DNA of 64,000 bases from Selaginella moellendorffii (Eukaryota > Plantae > Lycopodiophyta). The DNA lies in NCBI RefSeq assembly GCF_000143415.4, contig NW_003314277.1, positions 741,878-805,877 on the forward strand, written 5' to 3'. Under the pieces are notes generated by a model. The model was not told the origin of the DNA. It saw nothing but the letters and a program-made list of their open reading frames with translations, and searched no databases. Positions 38,112 through 50,200 of this stretch are shown here, in pieces (position 1 is the stretch's first letter; each line of letters opens with the position of its first letter). Both the position numbers and the translations under genes were made by a program.

Positions 38112-38243
38112 AAGGCATGGTGAGCCTTTGGTGTCAAACCATTGAGGAATATGCAAAAGGCATGGTGAGCCTTCAATGTCAAACCATTGACAAGTATGGA
38201 GAAGGCATGGTGAGCCTTCAATGTCAAACCATTGACAAATATT
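38112..38243. repeat. Three 45-bp tandem repeats inside the LTR element
   Basis: aggcatggtgagcctt...tgtcaaaccattga at 38113, 38158, 38203. Confidence 0.85.
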
Positions 38244-38346
38244 GGCTAGGTGCCAAGGATGGAAATGGTAACACATGCGGGTGTTACTTTATAAAGTGGT
38301 TTACCGTTCGATGAGGACATCGAACTTCGTCTATGGGTGGTGGAGT

Positions 38347-38858
38347 TGTGAGACACAAAATCCCTAGGCCCCAAAGTGGAGCCGGAAAGGGTGCCACGTG
38401 GTAGTGGCTAAAGCGAGAGCCAAACGAGCGTAACACGTTTGGACCAAAAGCTCCGACTTGAAAAGTCAAGAGCGGGAGTGGAACTCCCAACGAAGTGCTC
38501 GAGGAACGAGCACGAAGCGAGCAAAAAACGAGGCTCCAAAAAGGGACCCAAAAGGACCAACACATGACACGTGGAAGTGTCCGAGATGGACTCGAGTTGG
38601 AGTCCGAAGTGGAGTCCGAGATGGACTCGAGTTGGAGTCCGAAGTGGAGTCCGAGATGGACTCGAGTTGGAGTCCGAAGTGGAGTCCGAGATGGACCCGA
38701 GTTGGAGTCCGAGATGGAGTCCGAGATGGACCCAAGATGGAGTCCGAGATGGAGTCCGAGGTGGACCCGAAATGGACACGAAATGGAGTCCGAGATGGAG
38801 TCCGAGATGGACCCGAGATGGAGTCCGAGATGGAGTCCGAAGTCGAGACCGAGACCGG

Positions 38859-38890
<32 letters not shown>

Positions 38891-40004
38891 TCGGGACCGA
38901 GACCGAGACCGAGGCCGAGGCCGAGACCGAGCCCGAGCCCGAGCCCGAGCCCGAGTCCGAGTCCGAGTCCGAGTCCGAGTCCGAGTCTGAAGCCTGAGAG
39001 GGTGAAAGCCCAAAGCGTTCGTCTCCCAGACCCTGGGGGGTTTGGTGAGCTCCAAAAGTATAGTAGGGGGGAGGACTACAGTGGAGCCAGTTTGGCCAGG
39101 AAAGGCCAGTTTGGCCCAAAACTGGCCAGGAAGGCCGGACCCAGTGTTGGGTGATGAGATGCCCACTATGAAGTCCAAGACTGGAGTGAACACGGACCGA
39201 CAAGTGGGGTAGCTTGGTGAAGTGTTCAAGAGCCGGCTCCAGTTCCCCCGGGAGATCGATTGGCCGATGCTTCCAGTCCAAGTGTGGGTGGCACTACCTA
39301 CTTGGATACATGTCGTGGCTCAATGGAACCTCGCTCTAAGCCCATGGCTAGAGCACCTAAAGGCGGAAGGCGGGGAGAGTACCCAGGTGGCTCGCGTAAG
39401 GCCACGGTGTTCCGAAATGTTGTCCCAAAGGCCCAGACTGTGGAAAGGAAGAGGAGCAGTCCTCTGGGGTAGTGACCAAAGACACAGTTGTGTGGTGATG
39501 AAGTCCCAAAGGACTGTGGGACTTAGTGGTCGGGCCTGTGGGTCTTGATCCAGTGGCAGTGTGGGCAAGCACGGCCAGGGGCAGAAAGGGACTTAGTGGG
39601 GACTGACAGAGGGATATTGGGGAAGGCTATTCCCCTTGTCGGTGGGCATCCTAAGGATGCTAAGGAGTGGATCTGAGATGACCACTCACGGATGGTTTGC
39701 CTAGTCTTGGAGAGCCAAGATTGTGATGCAAGTGGTATTGGACTACCAGTGTGGCAAAGGTGATTGGGCATGGCCTTAGCGTAACGGGTTGCTATGTTGG
39801 TGGTACCTTTGAGTGTCGGTCATGGGATCGGACACGTGGAGCACTTGGACCAAGTGCAAATGTTGAGTGGCATGGATGCCATTCTCAGGGCTAGCAAGTC
39901 CCAAGTCCTGGATTGGACTTATGGAGGTTGTGAATGAGACTCCTCCAAGTGGTCGGAGGTGGGGTTAAGTGACTAAAGTAGAATGGAAAATTTAGTCGCT
40001 TACA
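38347..40004 (+). repeat. 3' LTR
   Basis: tgtgagaca...cgcttaca followed by the TSD. Confidence 0.95.
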
Positions 40005-41210
40005 AGATTCTCAAACCCTTCTCGAAGCCTTCGAATCCATAGCTCAATCTCTTGAGCCTCATAAACCTCATCAAGAAAAGGTAGGTCCTGATCAAACCAA
40101 TGGTACACATCATCCCCAAGATTCCTACGAAAGAACTTTAGCCAAACACGAGGATTGCCATCAAGAGCAAGAGGAATTAAGCCGTGAATGTCGTTATCAA
40201 CTGAGTTTGGTTGTTCAATTGCAATTGCATAGCATCAAACAATTGCACCAATTGCTTCTTTAGAGTCAAAGGAGGAAGAGACTACTACTCCACCATGAAA
40301 ATGAATGAAAAGGAAAGAGCAAAAGAAGATAAATAAGAAAAAACCTAGAAAGAAAGGAAGATCTAAACAATAGAAAAGTTAAATTTAAACCAAAATCTTG
40401 AAAGGAAAGAGATCTAGATTTTGCACTGTTTAAATTTAGCTTTTCCATTTCCTTTCTTTTGTTAAATCAAAATCTCAAATCTAAGCATTCTTCAAGAATA
40501 ATAAAAGATGCCTTTCACCTTCACCAATGTGAACGCATGGAATATGAAAAGTGAATATAGAAAATGTGTATATCAATTAGCCCAAAAACCTTAGCTTATA
40601 TATAGAAGAGAGTGCTCCAGATTAAAACTAATCTGATAGTTACCAAAATCCCACTACACTAATATTAGTATATGGCATTGTAGCCATACACTTGGACCGC
40701 ACAATATTAAAATTTATATATTATATATACAATATAAAGTTGTTGTATACTATATTTCTATAGTTTGTGCACTTGTTGCATATCACATTTTGGAATTGAT
40801 AAGTAATATATATCTCAAAATTATTTTAAATTTAATTTTAATATATATTTAAAAACTTTTGTAGCAATAAAAATTTAATAAATTTTTTATTTATGATATT
40901 TTTAAATTTAAATTGAAAAGTTTTTCCTTCTGTTTATGGAAAATCCAGAATACTATGTTTATTATGAATTTGAATAACAACACAAAAAATGTTATAAAAA
41001 AAATTATTCAAAATTAAAGATACTTTTAGTAACATAGATTTTTATCAAATATATAATCTGAGTTAACTGTTGAAATGACTAAACTAATTGAAGTTAACTT
41101 GTTTTTTCATCTTTTCTAAAAATATTTCTGAGAGTTTCATATTACCAACCCTAATTAATAACCAGGTTTTAGGGTTAAGAAACTACGTGGTTTTGCCTTG
41201 TTTCGGGGAG

Positions 41211-42840
41211 ATGAGCTCGGAGCTCGGTATGATCTAGGCGTCACCAATTATCTCTAACAAGTTTCTGTGTGTCAGATCCTTTTCTCGCTGCCTACGGCCG
41301 GGAGGTAAAGCATGCCAGGCTCCAGGACCGCTGCCTCCACATCCCGTCTGGCTTCTTGGGCCGTTATAACCTGTCCAAGCTCTGGGTCCATCCAAACTAC
41401 CTTTTCATGGATCAGTTCATTGTGGAGAAGTGGAGCAGGGTCGTGAAGGAGAGGAAAGGGTTGAAGAACTTCCACATCGTCTCAACGCCAGGTATCGGCA
41501 AGACGTTCTACGGCCACTACTTCTTTCACAGTAGAGCTCAGGAAGGACAGAAAGTAGTGTGGAGGACCGAAGATGACGTTCCAGAGTACTTGTTCTTCGA
41601 CTTCTTGCTGGACGATCCTCTGGTGCTGCAATCGAAATGGTATACTCGACCGCGGGGGTGGGACATGACGAGTGCCTGGCTCATCGTCGACGGGGGCTCG
41701 AGGGGAATAAGTCACCTGGGGCCTCTCATCCAGTGCGTCTCGCCGGATCGCACTGGCTACTACGAGTTCTCCAAGGACCATGGCTATATATGCCGCCTGG
41801 GAGCCTGGTCTCTCGAGGAACTGCAGCAGTGCAACCAGGAGCTTGAGCTGGGAATGACAGACGAGGAAATCGGTGTCCGCTTTTACTACTGTGGCGGGCT
41901 ACCAAGGCTTCTCTTCAACACGGAAAAGTTCTCGGTGGCCGCGCTCCAAGGGTTGGTGCACGAGGCAGCTGCCAGGGTGGAGAGCTGGAGAAATGTGCTC
42001 CACTGCACACTCAACTCGGACAAGGACCCCGCTGTTTCTGATATTCTGCTCCACTACCGTCTTACGACTGACAGATTCGACTCGAACATACCTGCGTGTT
42101 ACCGGGTGCTGCACCCTCACTTGGTGTTTGGCTCGGACTGCATTCAGAAGCTTGCTTTTGAAAGGTTTGAGGAGCAGGGGTTTCAGGCTTTCCGTGACTT
42201 TTTCGACTTATGCCGGGGATATCCGGTTGCAAACACCATGGCGGGCAAAATATACCAGCAGCACGTCCACAAGGTACTTGCCACTGGAGGTTACCAGTTT
42301 GATCTTCGGTCCCTGGAAGAGGAAGGTGACGGCGTCGACCTCTTCCGTCGGAGGCCAACGTCAGTGAAGCGGCTGCGCGAGTGGAAAGTGTTCGTAAAGA
42401 AGCGCTGCGTGGGGTCTGGTTTCAACGTTTACTCCAGGGACGTGATTCCTGTGGACGCTTATCGTGCGGGGGCGGAGGAATCACGGGGCCTTGCAGGCTT
42501 GCCTGACAATTGCTTCGTGGAGCCTTACGCGTCAAACGAGAAATCTTTCGACTCGTTGGTCACTCCGGACGTAATTCTCCAGGTTACAACATCAGCCACG
42601 CATCCAGTCTATTGGTCCAAGATCCACGAGCTCGTTCAGGGGTTGGATGAGTTGCATGACAAGCTCAAGCTGGTGCGTCCCAAGCAGTACAAACTCATCT
42701 ACGTCGTTCCCAAGCCTAGCTTTCAGGAATACACGTACCAGGGCTTCAAGAAAGACGATGGATCCATCTATCAGAGAGATGTTGCCGGGATGGACAGGGT
42801 TCATCAGTATGTGATGACTGTTCCATGGAGTTTGTATTAA
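41211..42840 (+). CDS. CR NTPase+nuclease copy 3 (intact; micro-exon 41211-41226, intron 41227-41275)
   Basis: Same motifs as copy 1; uninterrupted ORF. Confidence 0.8.
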
Positions 42841-43043
42841 GCTCTTCAAAAGTGACTAAAACAGAAATCCGGTGGCTCTTGTTGCAAACGAATCAAAGTT
42901 TAAACTAAAACTTCCGCTCGCGTTACCTTTGCTAAGAACTTCATACTAAAGATCTCCAGGAGTGAGCCAGAGGTTACCACTTACATCATCTGTAACAATC
43001 GAACGATGATCTAAAAACCTCTTTTTTCTTCCAATGCCGCGCG

Positions 43044-44519
43044 ATGTTGTTGCGATTGAATCCAGAGCTCAAGGAGCCACCACCAGTAGCAGCGAGAAAG
43101 ACCCACGCGCTGGATCCCAAGCGCGTCCACTTCTTCAAGTCCATGCTCAAGCTCCACGGTGACGCCAAGAACCTGGACGCCGGGCGAGCGGTCCACCTCC
43201 AGATGATCACCAGCGGCTACCACCGCGACCGCTACCTCTGCAACCTCCTTATCCAGATGTATGGCCGCTGCCGCAGCGTCCACGACGCCATCGCCGTCTT
43301 CCACACCGTGAGCCGCAAGAACGTCTTCACCTGGACCATCCTCATCGTCGCTCACACCCACAACGGCCTCTTCTTCGAGGCCGTGGAGCTCTTCCGCGAG
43401 ATGGACGTCCACGGCGTCCAGTCCGACGAGTTCACCTTCTCCGCCATCCTGGAAGCCTGCTCCAACCTCGGCCTCGCCTTTCTCTCGCTCGGCAAGACCA
43501 TCCACTCGAGAATCCACCAGCAGGGCCTCAAACTCACGTCCGTCCTGGCGACTTCGCTCATCAGCATGTATGGCCGGTGTGGCTGCGTCAACCCGGCCGT
43601 GAAGATCTTCCACAGCCTCGAGAACCCGACGGTGATATGCTCCACTGCCATGATCGACGCGTATGCCCAGAACGGGCATATCGAACAGGCTGCGGAGATC
43701 TTCGAGAGAATGCAGCTCCAAGGCCTGGATCCCGACTTGATAGCCTGGACTGCGATGATGACGGCGTATAACCAGCTCGGGCATGCCAGAGAGGCGCTGC
43801 TTCTCTTCCGGAAGATGGACCTCCAAGGTCTCGAGCCGGACAGGTTTGCATTCGTCGCTGCTATTGATGCTTGCTCTAGCATCCCGTCACTGGAGCAAGG
43901 CACTGTCCTCCACTCTCGCTTGCTAGCCTCGTCGGTGGAATGCGATGGTGTCGTCGGGAACGCGCTGCTAAACTTCTACGCCAAGGCCGGGCTTGTTCAC
44001 GAGTCGAGGAGCCTCTTCTCGAGCATGAAAGTGAAGAACGTCGTCACCTGGAGTGCCATCGTCGCGGCCTATGCGCAGAACGGCCACCACGAGCCGGCAG
44101 TGGAGCTCTTCCGGGAGATGTTGCTCGATGGCATTGCCCCCAACAAAGTCACGTTTGTTAGCCTTCTCTTCTCGTGCAGCCATGCTGGGCTCGTCGACGA
44201 GTCGCTCTACTGGCTGAGCTCGATGCTGCCGGACTACTCCGTCAAGCCCCTGGAGCAGCATTGCGTGTGCGTGATCGACATCCTGGGACGGGCTGGAAGG
44301 CTGGACGAAGCCCAGAAACTCTTGTCCGCTCGAAGTGACTTCGACTCGGAGCTCATCCAGCTCGTCTCGGCCACGCTGCTCGGCTTTTGTAACGTTCATG
44401 GGGAGTTTAGTCGCGGCGCTGGCATCGCGGAGCAAGTCCTAGAGCTGGAGTCCGAGAAGGGACAGGCGTACATCTCAGTGTCGAACTTCTACGCGACAAC
44501 GAAAAATCCAGGTGAGTGA
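43044..44519 (+). CDS. PLS-class PPR protein with E domain (PPR-A), organellar RNA-editing-factor type
   Basis: P/L/S motifs, HCVCVIDILGRAGRLDEA, LLGFCNVHG, AYISVSNFY. Confidence 0.9.
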   Translation: MLLRLNPELKEPPPVAARKTHALDPKRVHFFKSMLKLHGDAKNLDAGRAVHLQMITSGYHRDRYLCNLLIQMYGRCRSVHDAIAVFHTVSRKNVFTWTILIVAHTHNGLFFEAVELFREMDVHGVQSDEFTFSAILEACSNLGLAFLSLGKTIHSRIHQQGLKLTSVLATSLISMYGRCGCVNPAVKIFHSLENPTVICSTAMIDAYAQNGHIEQAAEIFERMQLQGLDPDLIAWTAMMTAYNQLGHAREALLLFRKMDLQGLEPDRFAFVAAIDACSSIPSLEQGTVLHSRLLASSVECDGVVGNALLNFYAKAGLVHESRSLFSSMKVKNVVTWSAIVAAYAQNGHHEPAVELFREMLLDGIAPNKVTFVSLLFSCSHAGLVDESLYWLSSMLPDYSVKPLEQHCVCVIDILGRAGRLDEAQKLLSARSDFDSELIQLVSATLLGFCNVHGEFSRGAGIAEQVLELESEKGQAYISVSNFYATTKNPGE

Positions 44520-44540
44520 AACCACCATTTTGCTTACCTC

Positions 44541-47189
44541 ATGCAAGTGGAAACTTGCGAGATCTTTGCAACTTCGCTGCAATCCTGCGGAGAGATCAAA
44601 GACTTAGCACGAGGCAGAAAGATCCACGCAGAGATACTGAAAAGCAGACACGGGGGAGATAGGTACCTGGCAAATCGTCTCGTTGAGATGTATGGCAAGT
44701 GCCGGAGCGTCGAGGAAGCAAGAGCTGTTTTCGATGGCATCCTGCGAAAGAACGTCTTCTCCTGGACACTGATGGTCACAGCATATACCCGCAATGGGTA
44801 CTCCACGCCGGCTCTCGAGCTCGTCAAGCAGATGGTCTCTGAGTCCGTCAAGCTGGACAGAATTGCGCTCCTGCGAATCGTCGAAGCTTGCGACCAACCA
44901 GACGCTCTCGACCAAGCTCGAGAGCTCCACACAAGATTTTTCCCTGGAGCTGCTGCAGCTGGAGATGTTGTTGTAGCTACTGCTCTCGTCAACATGTATG
45001 GGAGATGCGGGAGCGTGAGCGATGCCAAGACCGTGTTTGACGAGATGCAGCACAGGAACATCACCTCCTGGAACGCGATGCTGGTTACGTACTCGTTGAA
45101 CCAGCGGAGTCTGGAAGCTCTTCGTTTCTTTCGCACCATGCTGCTCGAAGGCGTCAGGCCGGATAGCTTCACGTTCCTCAAATCGCTGGATGTGTGTTCT
45201 AAGTTAGGAGAGCCCGCTCTAGTTCACGGGGAGCTGCTCCATGCCTGTAGTGTCCAAAGCCAGGACAAGCCGGACGTCCTCGTTAGCACTTCCACCATCA
45301 ACATGTTTGCAAAGTGCGGTACCTTTCAAGACGCGTATCGTGTTTTCGAAGAGATGGAGGAGAAAAGTCCGGCTTCCTGGAGCACGATTATATCCGCTTC
45401 TGTCACTCATGGCTTCGACCGCGACGCTCTTCAGCTGTTTTTCCAGATGCAGCAGCAAGGAACAAAGCCGGACAGCTTTACTGCGGTCGCGCTGCTTATA
45501 TCCTGTTCCAACCTCTTAGCTCTGGAACATCGCAGGGTCCTCCACTTGATCAGTAGTGAGGAAGGATGGATCGAGTCGGACGTTGTCCTTGGAACCAGCC
45601 TCGTCAACATGTACAGCAAATGTGGAAGCTTGTACGAAGCGGAAGAAGTCTTCAAGAGGATGCCCACGAAAGATAAAATCTCGTGGACTGCCATGGTGAC
45701 TGCCTACGCTCAAAACGGCCGTAGCGAACAAGCCTCAAAACTCTTGCAGGAAATGCAGCAGCAGGAGCATCTTGATCCAGAGAAGTTCGCTTGGACTGCA
45801 GTTATCTCGGGACATGTCCAAGAAGGAAAAGCTGGCGAAGCTCTCGAGTTTTTCAGACGAATGGAGCAGGAAGGAGTGAAGCCCGATGCAATCACCTTCG
45901 TAAGCGCCGCGGATGCTTGCGGAATGATGGGAGACCTCTCAAGAGCCGTGGAGATCCATTCCAGGATCAGCCAGTCCTGGCCTTCAAACCAAACCGACGT
46001 TGTTCTTGGGTCTGCTCTGATCAAAATGTATGGAAACTGTCGAAGCCTGGCGGGTGCTGCTCAAGTTCTCGATGAAATGCCCCGTACCAACGTAATATCC
46101 TGGACGTCGATGATCCTCGCTTGCGAGCAGAACGAAGACAACGAAGCAGCCATCCATGTCTACCGAGCCATGCAGCTCCACGGCCACAAACCGGATCCTG
46201 TTACCATGGTCACTGTCATCAAAGCCGCTGCCAATCTCCACGACTTGAAACGAGGGATAGAGTTCCACGCACAAGCAGCTGCCTTCGGTTTTGCAACCTC
46301 CACCGTTGTTGGAAATGCTCTGGTCACACTGTATGGGACGTCCGGGGACTTGCAAGCAGCCGAGAACGTCTTCAAAGAGCTACTCCAACAAAGCGTCGAG
46401 GACGTTGTCACTTGGAACTCCATGCTCTCCGCCTGGAATCAAAATGGTCTGCCAAACCAAGCCTTGCGTACCTTCCAGAGAATGCTCCACCACGGTCGCC
46501 ATCCCGACAAGACCACCTTCGTCAATATCCTGAACGCGTGTGCCGGAGATCCTTCTAAGTTGCTCCAGGCGGTGAAGATCCACGCACTGGCTGCCGCTTG
46601 CGGCCTGGACTCCGACACTGACGTTGCTAACACTCTGCTACATATGTACAGTCGTTGCGGGAACTTGTCTCGAGCTCGAAAAGTTTTCCATGCTATCACC
46701 CAGAAGAACGTCGTTTCCTGGAGTGCCATGGCCGCAGCCTGTGCTCACAACGGTGACGCTGACGGAGCTCTACAAGCCTTTCGAGGAATGCTTCACGGAG
46801 GTATCCAGCCCAACGCCGTCACCTTCATCAGCATTCTGTCTGGATGCAGCCACACTGGTTTGATGGACGAAGCTGTCAGCTATCTGTACGCCATGAGCAG
46901 TGACCACAACCTCAAGCCCACTGTCCAGCACTATGCCTGTCTACTAGACCTGCTTGCCCGAGCTGGGAAGTTCCACAGAGCCGAAGAACTTGCTACTCAT
47001 CTGCCAAATCCTGTGGCCTGGAATTCCCTGCTCGGCGCTTGCTTGGTGCATGGTGACGCCGAAACAGCAGCTCGAGCAGCTGATACTGCCGCCAAGCTGC
47101 AGCCTCTCGACTGTGCACCGTACGTATCACTCTCGAACGCTATGTCCACTGGAAAGAATCTGAAAACAAAACTCAATTATTTCCAGTAG
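44541..47189 (+). CDS. PLS-class PPR protein with E domain (PPR-B), 882 aa
   Basis: Many PLS triplets, HYACLLDLLARAG, WNSLLGACLVHGD, PYVSLSN; no DYW domain. Confidence 0.92.
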   Translation: MQVETCEIFATSLQSCGEIKDLARGRKIHAEILKSRHGGDRYLANRLVEMYGKCRSVEEARAVFDGILRKNVFSWTLMVTAYTRNGYSTPALELVKQMVSESVKLDRIALLRIVEACDQPDALDQARELHTRFFPGAAAAGDVVVATALVNMYGRCGSVSDAKTVFDEMQHRNITSWNAMLVTYSLNQRSLEALRFFRTMLLEGVRPDSFTFLKSLDVCSKLGEPALVHGELLHACSVQSQDKPDVLVSTSTINMFAKCGTFQDAYRVFEEMEEKSPASWSTIISASVTHGFDRDALQLFFQMQQQGTKPDSFTAVALLISCSNLLALEHRRVLHLISSEEGWIESDVVLGTSLVNMYSKCGSLYEAEEVFKRMPTKDKISWTAMVTAYAQNGRSEQASKLLQEMQQQEHLDPEKFAWTAVISGHVQEGKAGEALEFFRRMEQEGVKPDAITFVSAADACGMMGDLSRAVEIHSRISQSWPSNQTDVVLGSALIKMYGNCRSLAGAAQVLDEMPRTNVISWTSMILACEQNEDNEAAIHVYRAMQLHGHKPDPVTMVTVIKAAANLHDLKRGIEFHAQAAAFGFATSTVVGNALVTLYGTSGDLQAAENVFKELLQQSVEDVVTWNSMLSAWNQNGLPNQALRTFQRMLHHGRHPDKTTFVNILNACAGDPSKLLQAVKIHALAAACGLDSDTDVANTLLHMYSRCGNLSRARKVFHAITQKNVVSWSAMAAACAHNGDADGALQAFRGMLHGGIQPNAVTFISILSGCSHTGLMDEAVSYLYAMSSDHNLKPTVQHYACLLDLLARAGKFHRAEELATHLPNPVAWNSLLGACLVHGDAETAARAADTAAKLQPLDCAPYVSLSNAMSTGKNLKTKLNYFQ

Positions 47190-47226
47190 AACTGGAGTCA
47201 GTACAAAAAGTTGTGTTTATGAACCA

Positions 47227-50200
47227 CTACTTGATGGAGCCGCTTGCGAGGGATGCCACCTTGCAAACTCCACCAGTGGTTGAGAATGGTGCTCCCTTGT
47301 ACACTGCAATCAGCTCACTGCTTGTCTGCAAATCAGGCTGTACGACTGCCCAGTCTTTAGGCTTGAGCACAGCGTCAGCGTCGCCTTCATACCCCGGACA
47401 GGTTACTCTCTCGCCGATAACAGCACCTTCAGGAGGCTCTACCAATTCCACCTGCAGTGCAAAATGATCGGTTTAGTATTGACGCTGCCTAAAACCGGCA
47501 AGTGTTACCTTTGTCTCCTCCTTGTTTGAAGCTGCGAGAACCATCGCTTGAGACAGCACTCCTCGCATCTTCGCAGGCTTGAGATTACAGATGACGCAAA
47601 CTCGCCGATTCTGTAGAAAAAGAAGCCATTAAGAAGAAACGAATCTCAGTAGATTTACCTCCATCTCCTCTAGTGGTATGAACTTCACCAGACCGCTAAC
47701 AACCGTCCTCGGAGTGTCTTCACCGACGTCAATTTCTTCAACGTACAAAGAATCTGCATTCGGGTGCTTTGCAACTTTGACGATCCTGCCTACTCTGATA
47801 TCAGCCAGTCTAATGTCCACAGGTGTCTTAACATCAGCGGCGTTAACAGTGGCGTTCTTTTTCTTCGGTTTGGCATCAGCCTTAGTCTTGATATCTGCTT
47901 TTGCTTTGACGTCCGCTTTCTTTGCTGCTTCTTCCGAGGAAGCACGCTCAGCCTGAGACCCAGCAAACCTTTTACGGTACGCCTGAACTTCCTCGTCACT
48001 CTGAAAAAAGAGAAAATCAAATTGACGAAGGAAACAAAAAACAAAACCAAATTTTGAAGTACCATCTCAAAGAATATTGTATCGGGTTGTCCAATGACAT
48101 GACCATCTCGGAGGAGAACCCAGGGAGTCCTGAAAGCCTCCACATCCGCATCAATGAGCGAAAGATCGGATAAGTCTAATCCTAATTGTGATGCGACCTG
48201 TAAAGAAGTCAAGAGAAGCTCTCAACTGAAACAGTTTGTTCTACCTTCTTTGAAAAGGATGGCATGAACGGCTCGAGAATGGTCGCCAAAATCTTAACAA
48301 GACCAATTGCTGTCCTTACAACTATATTGCAAGACGGGCGGTCTTCTTTATAGAGGCGCCAGAATTCCGACTCCTACGGGATCAGCCCATTAAATTTGAA
48401 CGAGATACAGTCACGTAAAAACTTACTTGCAAGTAAGAATTGCCAAGGCTTGAAATGCTCATCGCTACCTTCAGTCCGTTTTTGAGTTTCGTCTGGAATG
48501 CAGAAAGTCAGACGAACACTAAGAAACAAAACACTCAGTAACCTTCTCCATCGAGTCTACGTATTGCTGAAGAAGCTCTGACACTTCTTCTGCAAGTTTC
48601 ACGGTCAGCGCATGCTCCTCTGCACCCGGAGCATCAGGTATCTTTGAACTGTATCCTTGGCCTGGATAAAAGATCATAAGCATAGAGGCGCATTCATTCT
48701 TTCCCACCTTCAGGTTTTGCTAAGAAGCTCAGACACCTGTGAACGAAATTCCCAAGGTTTTTTAACAGCTCATTGTTTTGTTTAGCCTGCAAGTCGGCCC
48801 AGCTGAAGAACGTATCGGCAGCCTGAAATAAAAATATTGGTCGTTTCTTTTGCGGAACTGGATAAAAGTTATAAAACTCACCTCTGGACGAATGGAGAGA
48901 AGATAGTATCTCCAGACCTCAACAGGAACATTCGTATCTTGTGCATCGTTGCCAAAAACTCCAATGCCCGCACTCTTTGAAAACTTAGCTGTTTAAACTT
49001 CACCAGTTAATACACGCATACAACAACTGAGATGACATACCTCCTTCATAATTCAGATACTCTGTGGCACTCAATGTTTTCATCATCGTCCAGCGCTCGC
49101 CCGTTCCCAACAAGGTGCAAGGAAAAATCACCTAAAATGGATGTCAGAAACCAGACGACTACACTGAATACAACAATGTCTCACCGTGTGAAACGTCACA
49201 TTGTCTTTCCCCATGAACTGAAAAAGCTCAACATCTTCCGACTTCCACCATTTCTCCCATTCGGGAGTGTAGTTTGCAGTGATCGAAATGTAGCCAATAG
49301 GAGCATCAAACCAGACGTAGAACACCTAAAGGAGGCTCTCGTCAGTTTAGAAAACATCAGGCTCAAAAATACCTTGTCCTCGAATCTGGGTAAGGGAACC
49401 GGAACTCCCCACTTGAGATCGCGCGTTATACATCTGCCCTTCAAGCCATCTCGGATCCATGCATTCGTGATCGTAATAGAGTTTGAACTCCAACCACCAG
49501 CTATAGATGTTTTCTCGACGTAATCCACCAGCTCGTTCTTTATCTTGGGCAGATCAAGGAACAGATGCGTTGTTTCTCTTAAATGAGGACTACTGTTGCA
49601 AATCTGCATGAAGCCGAAGAAATATAACGTACAAGTGATTGACAATCTTACCTTGCACTTTGGTTCGACAAGCTCCCCCGGGTTTAGAACGTGCGTACAC
49701 TTCTCGCATTGGTCACCTCTGGCCGTCATTCCACACTTGGGACAAGTGCCAATGACGAATCTATCAGCAAGAAACCGCTGGCAAGACTCGCAGTAAAGCT
49801 GAAACAAATACCCGTCAGAGAGACAGAGAAAGAAAGAAAAACTCTACATGCCTGATTAATCTTGTCTTCATAAAGCCTATCTTGCGCAAGCAGCTTCTTG
49901 AAAATCGACTGGCAGATCACAGTTTGCTCGGGGCTAGACGTTCTCCCAAACTTATCGAATCGGATATCAAACCAGTCATAGACTTTCTTGTGCACGTCGT
50001 GGTACCTTGGACAAAAGTCGAAGATTTTAGCTCTCGTACTAGGAAGAACAAGGGTAAAGAGCAACTCTTACTTGTCACAAATCTCCTTTGGGCTCGTCTT
50101 CTCTTCCAGGGCCTTAGTCTCAGTCGCTGTGCCGTATTCATCCGTCCCACACATGTAGATGATATTGTAGCCCCGCAGTCGGCCATATCTCGCGAAGACG

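Larger units (their letters stand above)
32582..40004 (+). mobile_element. LTR retrotransposon, apparently non-autonomous (LARD-like), 7.4 kb
   Basis: TG...CA LTRs 32582-34223 and 38347-40004; 5-bp TSD AGATT (32577-32581, 40005-40009); PBS tggtatcggagc 34227-34238 (initiator tRNA-Met type); purine-rich tract 38333-38345; no internal ORF >100 aa. Confidence 0.95.
17462..41210. repeat. Tandem segmental duplication unit 2 (with retained TPR-SET relic and LTR insertion)
   Basis: Same gene order as unit 1. Confidence 0.9.

Noticed and set aside
41144-41178. aaccctaa...ttagggtt inverted repeat upstream of CR copy 3 as a possible transposon end
   Set aside because: Only 8 bp, equals telobox words, no CTRR end or TSD, absent at copy 1
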